Part shown: one piece after another, positions 43,230 through 53,013 of the stretch
Layout: each line of letters begins with the position of its first letter
Position numbering within the stretch: the stretch's first letter is position 1
NCBI GenBank assembly: GCA_041538025.1
Contig: JBGOEV010000009.1
Location: 93-64,092, forward strand
Length of the DNA: 64,000 bases
Direction of reading: 5' to 3'
Source: Candidatus Thermosaccharophagus gerlachensis
Lineage (GTDB): Bacteria > Armatimonadota > Fervidibacteria > Fervidibacterales > Thermosaccharophagaceae
Position numbers and translations under genes: made by a program
The notes under the pieces: model-generated
Databases searched by the model: none
What the model was told of the DNA's origin: nothing
Seen by the model: the letters and a program-made list of their open reading frames with translations, nothing else

Positions 43230-44123
43230 ATGCGTTTCTTTAAGGGCATGCTGAGCAAGATCAAACAGCTATTCAGGCAAAGGCAAATAAACGAGGAACT
43301 ATTTTTGGAACTTGAGGAGACGCTTGTGCTTGCTGATGTCGGTATAACTACGGTGCAGAAGCTCATTTCAAATCTGAAGCAAGCAGTGAAAAGAGGGGAA
43401 TGCAAAAGTGGTGATGAAGCGATTGAACTTATAAAGAGGACGCTTATTGAGCTGCTTGACCATTCACCGAAGCACCTTTCATTTGGACCAACACCTCCAG
43501 CAGTGTGGCTTATCGTTGGTGTCAATGGCACTGGCAAAACAATGACAGCAGCGAAACTTGCGTGGCGCTTGAAGCGCAATGGAAAAAAGCCTTTGCTTGT
43601 TGCTGCCGATACATTCAGGGCAGCTGCAATTGAGCAGTTAAAGATACTCGGGGAGAAAGTCCGAACACCAGTAATAGCACACACAATTGGCGCCGATGCT
43701 GCAGCTGTGGTGTATGACGGCATTGAAGCAGCGAAGGCAAGAGGATATGATGTTGTGCTCGTTGATACAGCTGGCAGGATGCATACCCGTTATAACCTGC
43801 TTCAGGAACTTCAGAAGATATGGCGTGTTACGGAGCGCCTCCTTGGGCGACCTCCAGATGAGGCATTGCTCGTCCTTGATGCCTCAACTGGTCAAAATGC
43901 GGTAGTGCAGGCTGCTACATTCTCATCAGCAATACCGATAACTGGTATTGTGCTCACAAAACTTGACGGGACAGCTAAAGGTGGTGTCATCGTCTCAATA
44001 AAAGACCAACTGAACTTGCCTATAAAGCTCGTTGGGACTGGTGAAGGGCTTGATGATATTGAAGATTTTGACCCTGCCGAATTTGTTGAAGGTCTCTTTG
44101 AAGATGTTGGTGAGCAACGATAA
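43230..44123 (+). CDS. ftsY: Signal recognition particle receptor FtsY
   Basis: LEETLVLADVG...VGVNGTGKTMTAAKLA...AADTFRAAAIEQL...DTAGRMH...TKLDGTAKGG. Start at ATG 43230 with GAGGTG upstream (track start 43080). Confidence 0.92.
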   Translation: MRFFKGMLSKIKQLFRQRQINEELFLELEETLVLADVGITTVQKLISNLKQAVKRGECKSGDEAIELIKRTLIELLDHSPKHLSFGPTPPAVWLIVGVNGTGKTMTAAKLAWRLKRNGKKPLLVAADTFRAAAIEQLKILGEKVRTPVIAHTIGADAAAVVYDGIEAAKARGYDVVLVDTAGRMHTRYNLLQELQKIWRVTERLLGRPPDEALLVLDASTGQNAVVQAATFSSAIPITGIVLTKLDGTAKGGVIVSIKDQLNLPIKLVGTGEGLDDIEDFDPAEFVEGLFEDVGEQR

Positions 44124-44219
44124 CCTTTGTCCACGGAAGTGCGCTATGATAATCTAATGTAATCTTTGATGCGATCACACCGAAATGGACGGATTGAAGC
44201 AAGCGAGTTGAGATAAGCT

Positions 44220-44789
44220 ATGAGCCAAAGACAGTTTGAGAAAAAGCATAATAGGTCAGTATTGAGTGCGGAAGTTCTTGTGCTTAATCACAACTATGAG
44301 CCACTCAATTTAACGAGCGTGCGCCGAGCAATTGTGCTTGTGCTGAAGGGGAAAGCTGAAATAATCAAGCATAACAGCCAATTGATACGCTACCCGAGCG
44401 GAAAGATGGAGGCACCAAGTGTCGTTCGTCTTTACCATTATGCAAGGCGTCCACCTGTGCATGTGAAGCTAAGTAAGCGCAGCATATTAGCGCGTGATAA
44501 TTACACCTGTCAGTATTGTGGATACAGTGGACCGGGGTTGACCGTTGATCACGTAGTGCCTAAGGAAAGGGGTGGACTCACTGACTGGGAAAACCTTGTA
44601 TGTTGTTGTGTGAAATGCAATTCAAAGAAAGGTAACAGGACGCCAGAGGAAGCAAACATGCGTCTTCTAAAGAAACCCCGTCGCCCTGCATATATACCGC
44701 ATATGGGCTACTCTAAGCTCATAGCTGCCCTCAGACACGAAGAATGGCATGAATTTCTCATGCCGTTCGTGCGCGAAGTGAAGCGGTGA
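44220..44789 (+). CDS. HNH endonuclease family protein
   Basis: CQYCGYSGPGLTVDHVVPKERGGLTDWENLVCCCVKCNSKKGNRTPEE is an HNH motif with a CxxC...CxxC zinc site. Confidence 0.85.
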   Translation: MSQRQFEKKHNRSVLSAEVLVLNHNYEPLNLTSVRRAIVLVLKGKAEIIKHNSQLIRYPSGKMEAPSVVRLYHYARRPPVHVKLSKRSILARDNYTCQYCGYSGPGLTVDHVVPKERGGLTDWENLVCCCVKCNSKKGNRTPEEANMRLLKKPRRPAYIPHMGYSKLIAALRHEEWHEFLMPFVREVKR

Positions 44790-44819
44790 CAGCCTCATTC
44801 AAATGCTCTACCTGTTAAC

Positions 44820-45647
44820 CTAAGCACCTTTGTGCTCCATTGCTTGCTCCAGATAGCGGTGAAGCGTTTCAGCATACTGCTTAAGGATAAATTCAGCCTC
44901 CCATTGTGGGTTAATGAACTCACCTGAGAGATGTCCATCAAAATCAATTTCAAGCAGCTTCCTGATGACAAACTCGTGCGATATTTCTCCCTCACCAAGC
45001 AAGCATAGTTTCCATTCATTTCCTTCGCGCTTCACATCGTGTATATGACAGTGCCTAACATACTGGCTAACATTTTCAAAGGCTTCTTCAAGCGTCTCAC
45101 CATGCGTATATGGATGTTGAACATCCCACAGGATACCCACATGCTTGTGTGAGACAAGTTTAATCACATCAACAGCATCCCTTGAACGGCTAAAAGCATC
45201 GTGCGTCTCAAGGAGCACATACACATCCATTGGTTGCGCGAATTCACCAAGCTCACGTAGCGAATCAGCGATGTATTTCTTTGCCTCATCCATTGAAACA
45301 CCTTCAGGGATGGCTCCTCCAAAGACACGGACATTTTTACATCCAAGTGTTGATGCAAGCTCTATGTGCAACTTGGCTCGTTCAATCATCCTTTTGCGCT
45401 CCTCAGGATCTGCCTGCGAGAAGAAGCAAGAACTCGCCACAGCGCTAACCTCAATTCCGTTGTCATCAAAAAGCTTCTTCGCCTCCTCAAGGGTGCTCTT
45501 ATCTGTCTCTGGTTCAATGCCGTGGGCGTGTCCAACTTCCGTGCGTATCTCAACACCGTGATAGCCATAGCGTTTTGCTACATTGACTATTCTCTCCAGC
45601 GTCCAATCGGGACATACCCAAGTCATAAAACTGAATTTGATCGCCAT
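44820..45647 (-). CDS. Sugar-phosphate isomerase/epimerase (xylose-isomerase-like TIM barrel)
   Basis: GYHGVEIR...VRVFGG...YVLLETHDAF...GILWDVQHPY...HCHIHD is typical of the AP-endonuclease-2/xylose-isomerase-like barrel family. Confidence 0.7.
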   Translation of the reverse strand: MAIKFSFMTWVCPDWTLERIVNVAKRYGYHGVEIRTEVGHAHGIEPETDKSTLEEAKKLFDDNGIEVSAVASSCFFSQADPEERKRMIERAKLHIELASTLGCKNVRVFGGAIPEGVSMDEAKKYIADSLRELGEFAQPMDVYVLLETHDAFSRSRDAVDVIKLVSHKHVGILWDVQHPYTHGETLEEAFENVSQYVRHCHIHDVKREGNEWKLCLLGEGEISHEFVIRKLLEIDFDGHLSGEFINPQWEAEFILKQYAETLHRYLEQAMEHKGA

Positions 45648-45800
45648 ACACCCTCCACCTCCTTAACGCAACTACGCTTGTCATGTAGGCAAGATAAATT
45701 GTGGCATCATTTGGCTCTCTGGAACACACTCGTTGTTTGATGTAACACAAGCTCGCGCAACACTAAGTGCAGTAACATTCAAAATCGGGGGTGAGCTACG

Positions 45801-46175
45801 ATGAAGAGGCTCATAAGGATCACGGCAGGCAGCGTAAGCGTTGAGGCTGAGTTGAATGAGAGCAAGACTGCAAACAAGATATGGGAAGCGTTGCCAATAA
45901 CTGGCAAGGCGAACCGCTGGGGCGACGAAATTTACTTCACTATACCAGTGCAGTGCGAAGATGAAGACCCTAAGGAAGTTGTAGAAGTTGGTGACTTAGG
46001 ATACTGGCGTCCCGGAAGCGCATTCTGTATTTTCTTCGGCAAGACGCCTGTGAGCAAGGGAGACGAGATTCGCCCTGCAAGCCCTGTGAATGTGTTCGGG
46101 AAAGTCATAGGTGATGCGACAGTTCTAAGGAAGGTAAAAGACTACGACGATATCAAAGTTGAGCGCGTTGAATGA
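45801..46175 (+). CDS. Cyclophilin-like-fold protein (TM1367-like)
   Basis: IRITAGSVSVEAELNESKTANKIWEALPITGKANRWGDEIYFTIPV...VGDLGYWRPGSAFCIFFGKTP. The call rests on my recollection of the Cyclophil_like family. Confidence 0.55.
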   Translation: MKRLIRITAGSVSVEAELNESKTANKIWEALPITGKANRWGDEIYFTIPVQCEDEDPKEVVEVGDLGYWRPGSAFCIFFGKTPVSKGDEIRPASPVNVFGKVIGDATVLRKVKDYDDIKVERVE

Positions 46176-46214
46176 GATTCAGAGAACACCCTATTATTCA
46201 GGCAGGTTGTAGAG

Positions 46215-47351
46215 GTGAAGCTTTTGAGCAGTTTGAAGAGTTTGATTAGGAAGGTGGTGTTGTTTATCCCCTTTGCGACGCATGCCGATAGGTATTTTCT
46301 TCGTGAGATGCTCATGCCGTTCATTGCAGGGCTACTCATCTTTGTTACGATATTGACGGGGCACATGCTTTATTGGGCTTTGGACAAAATCATCAACCAG
46401 AATGTGCCAGCAAAAGATTTACTGCTAATGATGCTTTACAGATTGCCATCCGTGCTTGTCCTTTCCCTCCCGATAGCCATGATCATTTCCACTTCAATTG
46501 CGCTCACGAGGCTCGGTCGTGAAGGGGAGCTCACAGCGTTCAAGTTAAGTGGTGTAAATGGCATGCGCTTAGCATACCCGTTTTTAGTTGTGTCTGTGTT
46601 GGTTAGCTTCGTTGACTTGTGGATAAACGACCGTGTTGCACCTGAGGCGAACCACCGCGCCGAAAACATACTGCGAAGGCTTCTGTTAAGCTACTCAATA
46701 CCGTTCATTGAAGAGAACCGTTTCCTCAGGCTGTCAAACAAGTATTTCGTTTACGTGAGGCGTGTTGAGCCAGCAGCAAAGATGCTTTACGGCGTTATGA
46801 TTTACGAGTTTGAGCCGTCTATTGGTTCATTCCCAAGGGTATACATTGCGAAGAGCGCATCACATGAAGATGGAACATGGTGGTTTAGGGATGTCGTCAT
46901 ACACCAGTATGATGAGCAAGGACATCAAGTGGCTGAAATGTTTACAGAGCGCATAACCCTCAACATCAAAGAGAACATTGAAGCTTTCATTACAGCTGCA
47001 AAAACGCCGATTGAAATGTCTTCTCAGGAATTGAAACAGCAAATTGAGATGCTTGATAAAAGTGGCATAGATGTGCATGCGATGAAAATTGATTACCACT
47101 TCAAGTTTTCTTTGCCCGCAGCGTGTTTTATCATGACGCTTTGGGCTGCCCCTTTGAGCATGAGGTTCTCACGTAGTGGCACATACGCAGGCATGCTCAT
47201 AGCAATCCTTGCTATATTCCTCTACCAAGGCTTTATGGGATGGTCAAGAGCAATTGGCATCAAGTATCATTTGTCACCATTCCTGTCTGCATGGTCACAG
47301 AACTTTTTCTTCGGTCTGATGGGAATAGCCATGTTGCTGAAGGAACGGTGA
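46215..47351 (+). CDS. LPS export ABC-transporter permease, LptF/LptG (YjgP/YjgQ) family
   Basis: DRYFLREMLMPFIAGLLIFVTIL...LYRLPSVLVLSLPIAMIISTSIALTRLGREGELTAFKLSGV... plus C-terminal TM helices. Confidence 0.75.
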   Translation: MKLLSSLKSLIRKVVLFIPFATHADRYFLREMLMPFIAGLLIFVTILTGHMLYWALDKIINQNVPAKDLLLMMLYRLPSVLVLSLPIAMIISTSIALTRLGREGELTAFKLSGVNGMRLAYPFLVVSVLVSFVDLWINDRVAPEANHRAENILRRLLLSYSIPFIEENRFLRLSNKYFVYVRRVEPAAKMLYGVMIYEFEPSIGSFPRVYIAKSASHEDGTWWFRDVVIHQYDEQGHQVAEMFTERITLNIKENIEAFITAAKTPIEMSSQELKQQIEMLDKSGIDVHAMKIDYHFKFSLPAACFIMTLWAAPLSMRFSRSGTYAGMLIAILAIFLYQGFMGWSRAIGIKYHLSPFLSAWSQNFFFGLMGIAMLLKER

Positions 47352-47356
47352 ATAAG

Positions 47357-49846
47357 ATGAGCATAAAAACAAACAAGGCTTTGCATTTCCCCAAAACAGC
47401 ACTACCCCTTCTGGCTGTATTGTTGGTGATGCTTACCCATCAAAGGGCTGTATTGGCGGAAAGGAAATATGGTGAGCAAGCTTTTGAGGAAGTGCAAGCA
47501 AACGCAACATTGCAAGCTGAGCAAGATGCGGAGCAAGAGGATGTGATCCAGCATGAAGCGGTTGGAACTCCCAAAACTCCCGAAGTGAGTGAAGGCAAAG
47601 CAATTGAAGTTCTCAGCCAGAGCGCTAAGCTCATAATGCAGCGCCATGGCGATGAGTGGTTAATGCGAGCAAGCGGAGGCAATGTCGAAATTAAAACGAG
47701 GGATTTAATAGCTTATGCGAGCAACCTGCAATACAACCCGAAAGAAGGCGTGGTGCGTTTCCTACCACCAGTTGAAGGCAGAGCAACAAACTTAAGCTTT
47801 CGTGTTGGGAGTTTGAGTTACTACATTAAAGAGGGGCGCTGGGAACTCAAAGACGGAAGAATGAAAGTAGAACCGTCTTTCTTTGCCCAAGGTGTTGTTG
47901 AACCGCTTTATCTACGAGCAACAAATGCCGAGGGAAGCCAAAATAAAGCATACCTCAAGGCATCCCTTTTCACATCCTGCGATAAAGAGCTACCGCATTG
48001 GAGCTTGCGTGCCGAAACGATGGATATAATCGCCAACGATAAAGTCATCGCGAGGGATGTTGGTATATACCTTGGCAGTAGGAAGCTATTCACATTGCCG
48101 ACATTGGTTATCTCAATCAAGCCAAGGAGAAGACGCACAACATTTATGCCAGATGTGGGGCGAAATGAGATTGAAGGCTGGTTTATCAAATATGCACACA
48201 CTTACATGGCAGATGAACGCTCAACAGGCATAGCAAGGTTTGACTGGGCTGAAAAGAGAGGCTTAGGTTTAGGCATTGAACAAGATTACACCTTGAAAGC
48301 TATGACAGGTGCAGTTGCCCTTTACTGGCTGAGGGACAGAAACAAAGGGACAGAATTGAACTGGAGCATAAGGCACTCCCATCGCTTCTCAAAATCGCTA
48401 CTTATGAACCTACAAAGCGAGGTGCGCTCAAACAGCGCCTATTTTATCAGGCGTGCAAGGTCAAGCTCCCTTAGCGCATCGCTTCAGTGGAACAGGACAA
48501 ACATGCAAACAACGCTTGATCTACGTCGTTTAAGTTACTCTGGGTATGGTGAAACAAATGACACATCTATTTTGCTGCGCAGCTCCCTACGAAGGGATAA
48601 GTGGGATGTGAGACTGCAAAGCACATACCGCAGGTTTGAAAGCAGTTACTTCGGCATCGGTGCAATTAAGGCTCCGGATGAAGAATTGCAACATAGGTTT
48701 GAAGTCCGCCGAGATGGCACGCTCACCACTTGGAGTTTGATATATGAGCAAAGGATTGATTTGGATAAGGCAAGAAACACAGCTGACACATACTTTGGTT
48801 TGGAACGCCTGCCGGAAATCACTTTTAATCTCCGTTTGCATCGCTCACAAAAGAAACTACTTCCACTCACCTTCTCTACATCCATAGGCAAATTCGCCGA
48901 GTATCCAGCGAGGGTGAGGAGAGCTCGCCTTGCCTTTTCATCAGATATTGGGCAAACGCAAATTAGGTTATCACACCGAGCAAACATAATGTTGACTGGG
49001 CGTTTTGAGCAATGCTTTTACGATGATGCCACCGCCCAATACACATATGGCATGCTGACGCAGGTTGATTGGAACATCGGAAAACGCAGCAGGTTATTGA
49101 TTGGATACCAGTTGCAAAAACAACATGGATGGACGCCTTTCAGGTTTGACATACGCCCACCGTATGAATCCGCAGATTTGCAACTCTATCTGGAGCCATC
49201 TGAAAGATTTCAAGCATCGCTTACGACCGGGTTGGATATACAGAACAACATCTTCAGAGACATTACGGCAAACATGCAATGGCATATGCTTAGTGGTCTT
49301 TGGTTAGCTGTATCAAGTGGCTATGATATTGAAAGGGGCAGGATGAGAGATGTCATAAGTTGGGTTGCGATAGGTCTTCCGGGGAAAGTGCTTTCAAAAA
49401 GCACACAAAGAGGATACCCCGCAAGTGCACTACCCTATTACGGTTATGGCTCGTTCTACATACCATCTTACATGGCTTATTCGCAATCGCAATTAAAAGA
49501 GGAGCTTGATTTACCACCTTGGGGGATCATGCTTAACTTGAGTTCTCGTTACAGCACGGTTGAGAAAAAACTCGCGCTCATCCGTTCCTTCGTTGACTGG
49601 AGAATTGGGAAAGCATGGAGATTACAACTGCTTGCCAGCTACAACGGCATGATGAGGCGCATGGACTATGTTCAAACAAGGCTTACAAGAGATTTGCATT
49701 GTTACGAAGTTTCCTTGACTTACAATTCACTCACAAGGGAGTGGCGCGTTGAATTCAACCTTAAAGCGTTCCCTACATTTAGGCAATTCTTCGGAACGAG
49801 TGACCGTTCACAGCTGCTTGATACAAGCGTTGGTCAGTTGTTCTAA
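47357..49846 (+). CDS. lptD: LPS-assembly outer-membrane protein LptD-like
   Basis: Signal peptide MSIKTNKALHFPKTALPLLAVLLVMLTHQRAVLA. Diagnostic segment ASLFTSCDKELPHWSLRAETMDIIANDKVIARDVGIYLGSRKLFTLPTL. Large strand-rich C-terminal part ending ..SVGQLF. ATG 47357 is 5 nt after the lptF/G stop. Confidence 0.7.
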   Translation: MSIKTNKALHFPKTALPLLAVLLVMLTHQRAVLAERKYGEQAFEEVQANATLQAEQDAEQEDVIQHEAVGTPKTPEVSEGKAIEVLSQSAKLIMQRHGDEWLMRASGGNVEIKTRDLIAYASNLQYNPKEGVVRFLPPVEGRATNLSFRVGSLSYYIKEGRWELKDGRMKVEPSFFAQGVVEPLYLRATNAEGSQNKAYLKASLFTSCDKELPHWSLRAETMDIIANDKVIARDVGIYLGSRKLFTLPTLVISIKPRRRRTTFMPDVGRNEIEGWFIKYAHTYMADERSTGIARFDWAEKRGLGLGIEQDYTLKAMTGAVALYWLRDRNKGTELNWSIRHSHRFSKSLLMNLQSEVRSNSAYFIRRARSSSLSASLQWNRTNMQTTLDLRRLSYSGYGETNDTSILLRSSLRRDKWDVRLQSTYRRFESSYFGIGAIKAPDEELQHRFEVRRDGTLTTWSLIYEQRIDLDKARNTADTYFGLERLPEITFNLRLHRSQKKLLPLTFSTSIGKFAEYPARVRRARLAFSSDIGQTQIRLSHRANIMLTGRFEQCFYDDATAQYTYGMLTQVDWNIGKRSRLLIGYQLQKQHGWTPFRFDIRPPYESADLQLYLEPSERFQASLTTGLDIQNNIFRDITANMQWHMLSGLWLAVSSGYDIERGRMRDVISWVAIGLPGKVLSKSTQRGYPASALPYYGYGSFYIPSYMAYSQSQLKEELDLPPWGIMLNLSSRYSTVEKKLALIRSFVDWRIGKAWRLQLLASYNGMMRRMDYVQTRLTRDLHCYEVSLTYNSLTREWRVEFNLKAFPTFRQFFGTSDRSQLLDTSVGQLF

Positions 49847-49930
49847 TAGAGGGAGCACCTTCAACTTGCGTGTGGGATGATAACAAGCTATACTAACAAA
49901 ATGAACGAACAGGTGCGAATAAAAAGAAAC

Positions 49931-49957
49931 GCAACGGCTTAAACTAAGATGCGTCTA
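49931..49957 (+). promoter_or_regulatory. ECF-type (autoregulatory) promoter candidate GCAAC-N16-CGTCTAA upstream of the ECF sigma gene
   Basis: aacGCAACggcttaaactaagatgCGTCTAAaatt lies 58 nt upstream of ATG 50015. An AAC -35 and a CGTC -10 are the hallmarks of group-4 sigma promoters. Confidence 0.45.
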
Positions 49958-50014
49958 AAATTGTGAAGGAAACACTCAAAGGAGCAAGTAGCCAAAGGCG
50001 GTAGGTGGTTACAA

Positions 50015-50707
50015 ATGGGACAAAAGCGTGGGAACGGAGGAAGAGTGGCAGCACTTGTAAGTAGGCTTGGATTAGTAAGGAAAACGCAAGAGAGCGTTAC
50101 ATCAATACCAGTTAGCGAACAAGAGCTTATCATGCGTTGCAGGGCTGGAGATGAAGAGGCATGGCGTGAGTTCATAGACACATATAAGCACATGGTTTAT
50201 GGCTTTGCCTATGATATGCTACGGAACCCAGAAGACGCAGAAGATGTAGCACAGGAAGTTTTCATCAATGCCTTCAGAGCTATAGGGAGCTTCCGAGGCG
50301 ATGCGCGCATCTCAACATGGCTTTACAGGGTGACAAAAAACGCTTGCCTAAACTTCCTTCGCCAGAGAGAAAGGTCAACAGTTACCTCACTTGATGAGCA
50401 GGAAGGCAACTGGGAGGAGTTGATTGATTTTGAAGATAGCATGCCAACACCTGAGGAAACTGCAATGAATAAAGAATTGCGCGAACTTGTCCGACGCAAG
50501 ATCGATGAGCTACCAACAATTTACCGAACTGCCATCATAATGTGCGATATGCATCAACTGAGCTATGATGAAGCAGCACGCATACTTGGTATCCCTGTCG
50601 GCACGCTGAAATCGCAAGTCTCGCGAGCACGGCGGATGCTGAAGGAAAAGTTAGAGAGCTACTTCTTTGAGAAACACTCTGACAACAAAGGGCATAAACA
50701 GTCGTGA
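50015..50707 (+). CDS. ECF (group 4) RNA polymerase sigma factor
   Basis: Region 2: DEEAWREFIDTYKHMVYGFAYDMLRNPEDAEDVAQEVFINAFRAIGSFRGDARISTWLYRVTKNACLNFLR. Region 4: LPTIYRTAIIMCDMHQLSYDEAARILGIPVGTLKSQVSRARRML. Confidence 0.88.
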   Translation: MGQKRGNGGRVAALVSRLGLVRKTQESVTSIPVSEQELIMRCRAGDEEAWREFIDTYKHMVYGFAYDMLRNPEDAEDVAQEVFINAFRAIGSFRGDARISTWLYRVTKNACLNFLRQRERSTVTSLDEQEGNWEELIDFEDSMPTPEETAMNKELRELVRRKIDELPTIYRTAIIMCDMHQLSYDEAARILGIPVGTLKSQVSRARRMLKEKLESYFFEKHSDNKGHKQS

Positions 50708-50720
50708 TAACTTGTGAGGT

Positions 50721-52034
50721 ATGCTGAGAATGGGTAAGAGACAATGCCAAAAATATGTGATGCTTATACCACAGCTCATAGATGGTGAGTTAGACAGGGC
50801 TACTGCAGCGAAGGTTGAGCATCACCTCCGCAATTGCAAAGGTTGCATGAATGAATTTAGGTGGTATCAATGGCTGCATGCAACGCTGCGTTCAATGCCT
50901 TACACACCAGCACCACCTGATTTCACTGAAAGAACTTTGGAGCGCATCAGGCAATTGAAGGCTCATCAAAAGGGTGCTGCCAGAGGTGTTAACATAGGTC
51001 ACCTTGGTAGCATGCTGCTTAAACAGCCATACGCAGTAGCTTACACAATGGCTCTCATCGTTGTTGCTATACTCGGGTTAGCTTCCATTAAGACACGAAC
51101 ACCAACGGATGTAGTGGAAAGATATACTACGGTTGCTGTTCACGAGAACATTGAGGCGCAAAAGCGTATTAGCATACAGCCTTTGTCATATGCCAGCGCA
51201 AAGGGAAGCGCAATAGAAACTTCGGCTACGAACACTGTGAAAGGAAATGTTCAGCTAACACAAAGAGCGAATAAACAGAAGGCATTGGTAGTCCCGAAGC
51301 AACCTGAAGCTATAGCGTCGCAACCAGCATTGATAAATCCATCGCCTACCAGAATAACCAGTGTTGCAAGAACTGATGTAAGCATTCGTAGTGTTACGAG
51401 GGACTTTGGTAGAGACATTGAAAGCAGTTTCCGTATAGTTGTGCCAAGCACCATGCTTGTGAGTGTAAGGGGAACAACCGTTATAAACAGCGCAGATGCA
51501 TATCTGGTTAGGATTGGGCATCTAATGAGTGTTGGGAAGTTGTCTGAGGCAGCGGAACACTTAAGGGAGTTTGCAAAAGTAAACGAGATTGATCCAGCCC
51601 TTAGATATCGCGCTCTAAGTATGCTTAAATCGTGTTACGAAAGAATGGGCGAATGGCTTATGGCAAAAGCCGTTTTTGAACAGATGTTATCCGAGTTAAG
51701 CCATTACAAGGACATTAAGTCTGCTGAGCAAATCGCAGAAAGGGAGAATGACATGCAGGTTAAGGTTCACACGGTGCTTGAGGATGATACTTATCCCGAA
51801 AAACAAACACGCTTAGCATCACTGCCTCCATATGCCCAACCAACAGCCACAAGCAACGCTTTAGCAATGCAATCAAACGCTGTCAAGGCTTTTGCATCTA
51901 ACGACTCCTCAAGTCAACTGCGCCAAACTATTTCCATGCTTGAAGAGATACCTCAAGATGAGCCAACTGAGAGGTTATTGAATGAGGACCAAACATTCAT
52001 TGATGCCCTCTTCAAGCTCTCCGAGGCTATATAA
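50721..52034 (+). CDS. Anti-sigma factor (zf-HC2) with one TM helix and a TPR-like C-terminal domain
   Basis: CQKYVMLIPQLIDGELDRATAAKVEHHLRNCKGCMNEF (H-x3-C-x2-C). TM helix AVAYTMALIVVAILGLASI. Starts 13 nt after the sigma gene. Confidence 0.75.
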   Translation: MLRMGKRQCQKYVMLIPQLIDGELDRATAAKVEHHLRNCKGCMNEFRWYQWLHATLRSMPYTPAPPDFTERTLERIRQLKAHQKGAARGVNIGHLGSMLLKQPYAVAYTMALIVVAILGLASIKTRTPTDVVERYTTVAVHENIEAQKRISIQPLSYASAKGSAIETSATNTVKGNVQLTQRANKQKALVVPKQPEAIASQPALINPSPTRITSVARTDVSIRSVTRDFGRDIESSFRIVVPSTMLVSVRGTTVINSADAYLVRIGHLMSVGKLSEAAEHLREFAKVNEIDPALRYRALSMLKSCYERMGEWLMAKAVFEQMLSELSHYKDIKSAEQIAERENDMQVKVHTVLEDDTYPEKQTRLASLPPYAQPTATSNALAMQSNAVKAFASNDSSSQLRQTISMLEEIPQDEPTERLLNEDQTFIDALFKLSEAI

Positions 52035-52151
52035 GGGTGAGGAGCATAGGCATAATTAAAGATGCGTTAAACTAATGATACGAAGATCGCCTCAAAAAGT
52101 AGCGCATCCCCTCGTTGATGAACGGTCAAGTATACGTATTAAAAGCAGGAG

Positions 52152-52973
52152 GTGAACGAGAAAATGGAGAAACCTCTCTTTGCGGATGTTGGTGAACGGG
52201 AAATAACGAAGGCAATAATTGACCAGTTTGCAAGCCAGTTAAGCGCTTATGTTGAGTGCGATGTAATAGTTGTTGGTGGTGGACCTGCTGGGTTGATGGC
52301 TGCAAGACAACTTGCAAGCAATGGAGTTAAAGTGCTTTTAATTGAGCGTAACAATTACCTTGGTGGTGGCTTCTGGATAGGGGGTTACTTGATGAACAAG
52401 GTCACATTTAGAGAACCCGCTAACAAAGTGCTGGAAGAGCTTGGCATACCCTATATTGAGCATTCAAAAGGGCTTTTCGTAGCCGATGGTCCACATGCTT
52501 GTTCAAAGCTAATAGCTGCAGCTTGTGATGCTGGTGTTAAGTTCTTGCAAATGACCATCTTTGAGGATATCGTGATAAGGGATGAGCGAGTAGCAGGCGT
52601 TGTGATCAACTGGACACCAATAACAGCTTTACCAAGAGAGATAACTTGCGTTGACCCTGTTGCCCTTGAATCCAAGTTCGTCATTGATGCAAGTGGACAC
52701 GATGCAGCTGTTTGCCGAAAGCTTGAAGAAAGAGGGCTGATAAAACTTCGTGGCTATGGAGCTATGTGGGTGGAGAGAAGTGAAGATTTGGTTGTGGAAC
52801 ACACAGGGCAGGTATACCCCGGGCTTGTAGTTTGTGGTATGGCTGTTACAACTGTTTATGGGCTCCCAAGGATGGGTCCAACATTTGGTGGAATGCTTCT
52901 TTCTGGAGCGCGTGCTGCTGAGGTCATCTTGAAACAATTAAAAGCTGAAGAGGTAATCGTAAAGACATCCTAA
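52152..52973 (+). CDS. thi4: Thiazole synthase, Thi4 family (archaeal/eukaryotic type)
   Basis: [40 protein letters not shown]...N...F...ELGI...[11 protein letters not shown]...GMAV...[18 protein letters not shown] 52164 is an alternative start, 11 nt after AGGAGG. Confidence 0.85.
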   Translation: MNEKMEKPLFADVGEREITKAIIDQFASQLSAYVECDVIVVGGGPAGLMAARQLASNGVKVLLIERNNYLGGGFWIGGYLMNKVTFREPANKVLEELGIPYIEHSKGLFVADGPHACSKLIAAACDAGVKFLQMTIFEDIVIRDERVAGVVINWTPITALPREITCVDPVALESKFVIDASGHDAAVCRKLEERGLIKLRGYGAMWVERSEDLVVEHTGQVYPGLVVCGMAVTTVYGLPRMGPTFGGMLLSGARAAEVILKQLKAEEVIVKTS

Positions 52974-53013
52974 GTGCTTAAACACCCACGAAGGACAAAA
53001 GGAGTAGTAGAAG

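Noticed and set aside
44220-44789. HNH endonuclease as part of a restriction-modification or other defence system.
   Set aside because: No methyltransferase, helicase, ATPase or other partner is adjacent. The flanking genes are ftsY and a sugar-phosphate isomerase. Small stand-alone HNH proteins of this type are widespread core-genome genes.
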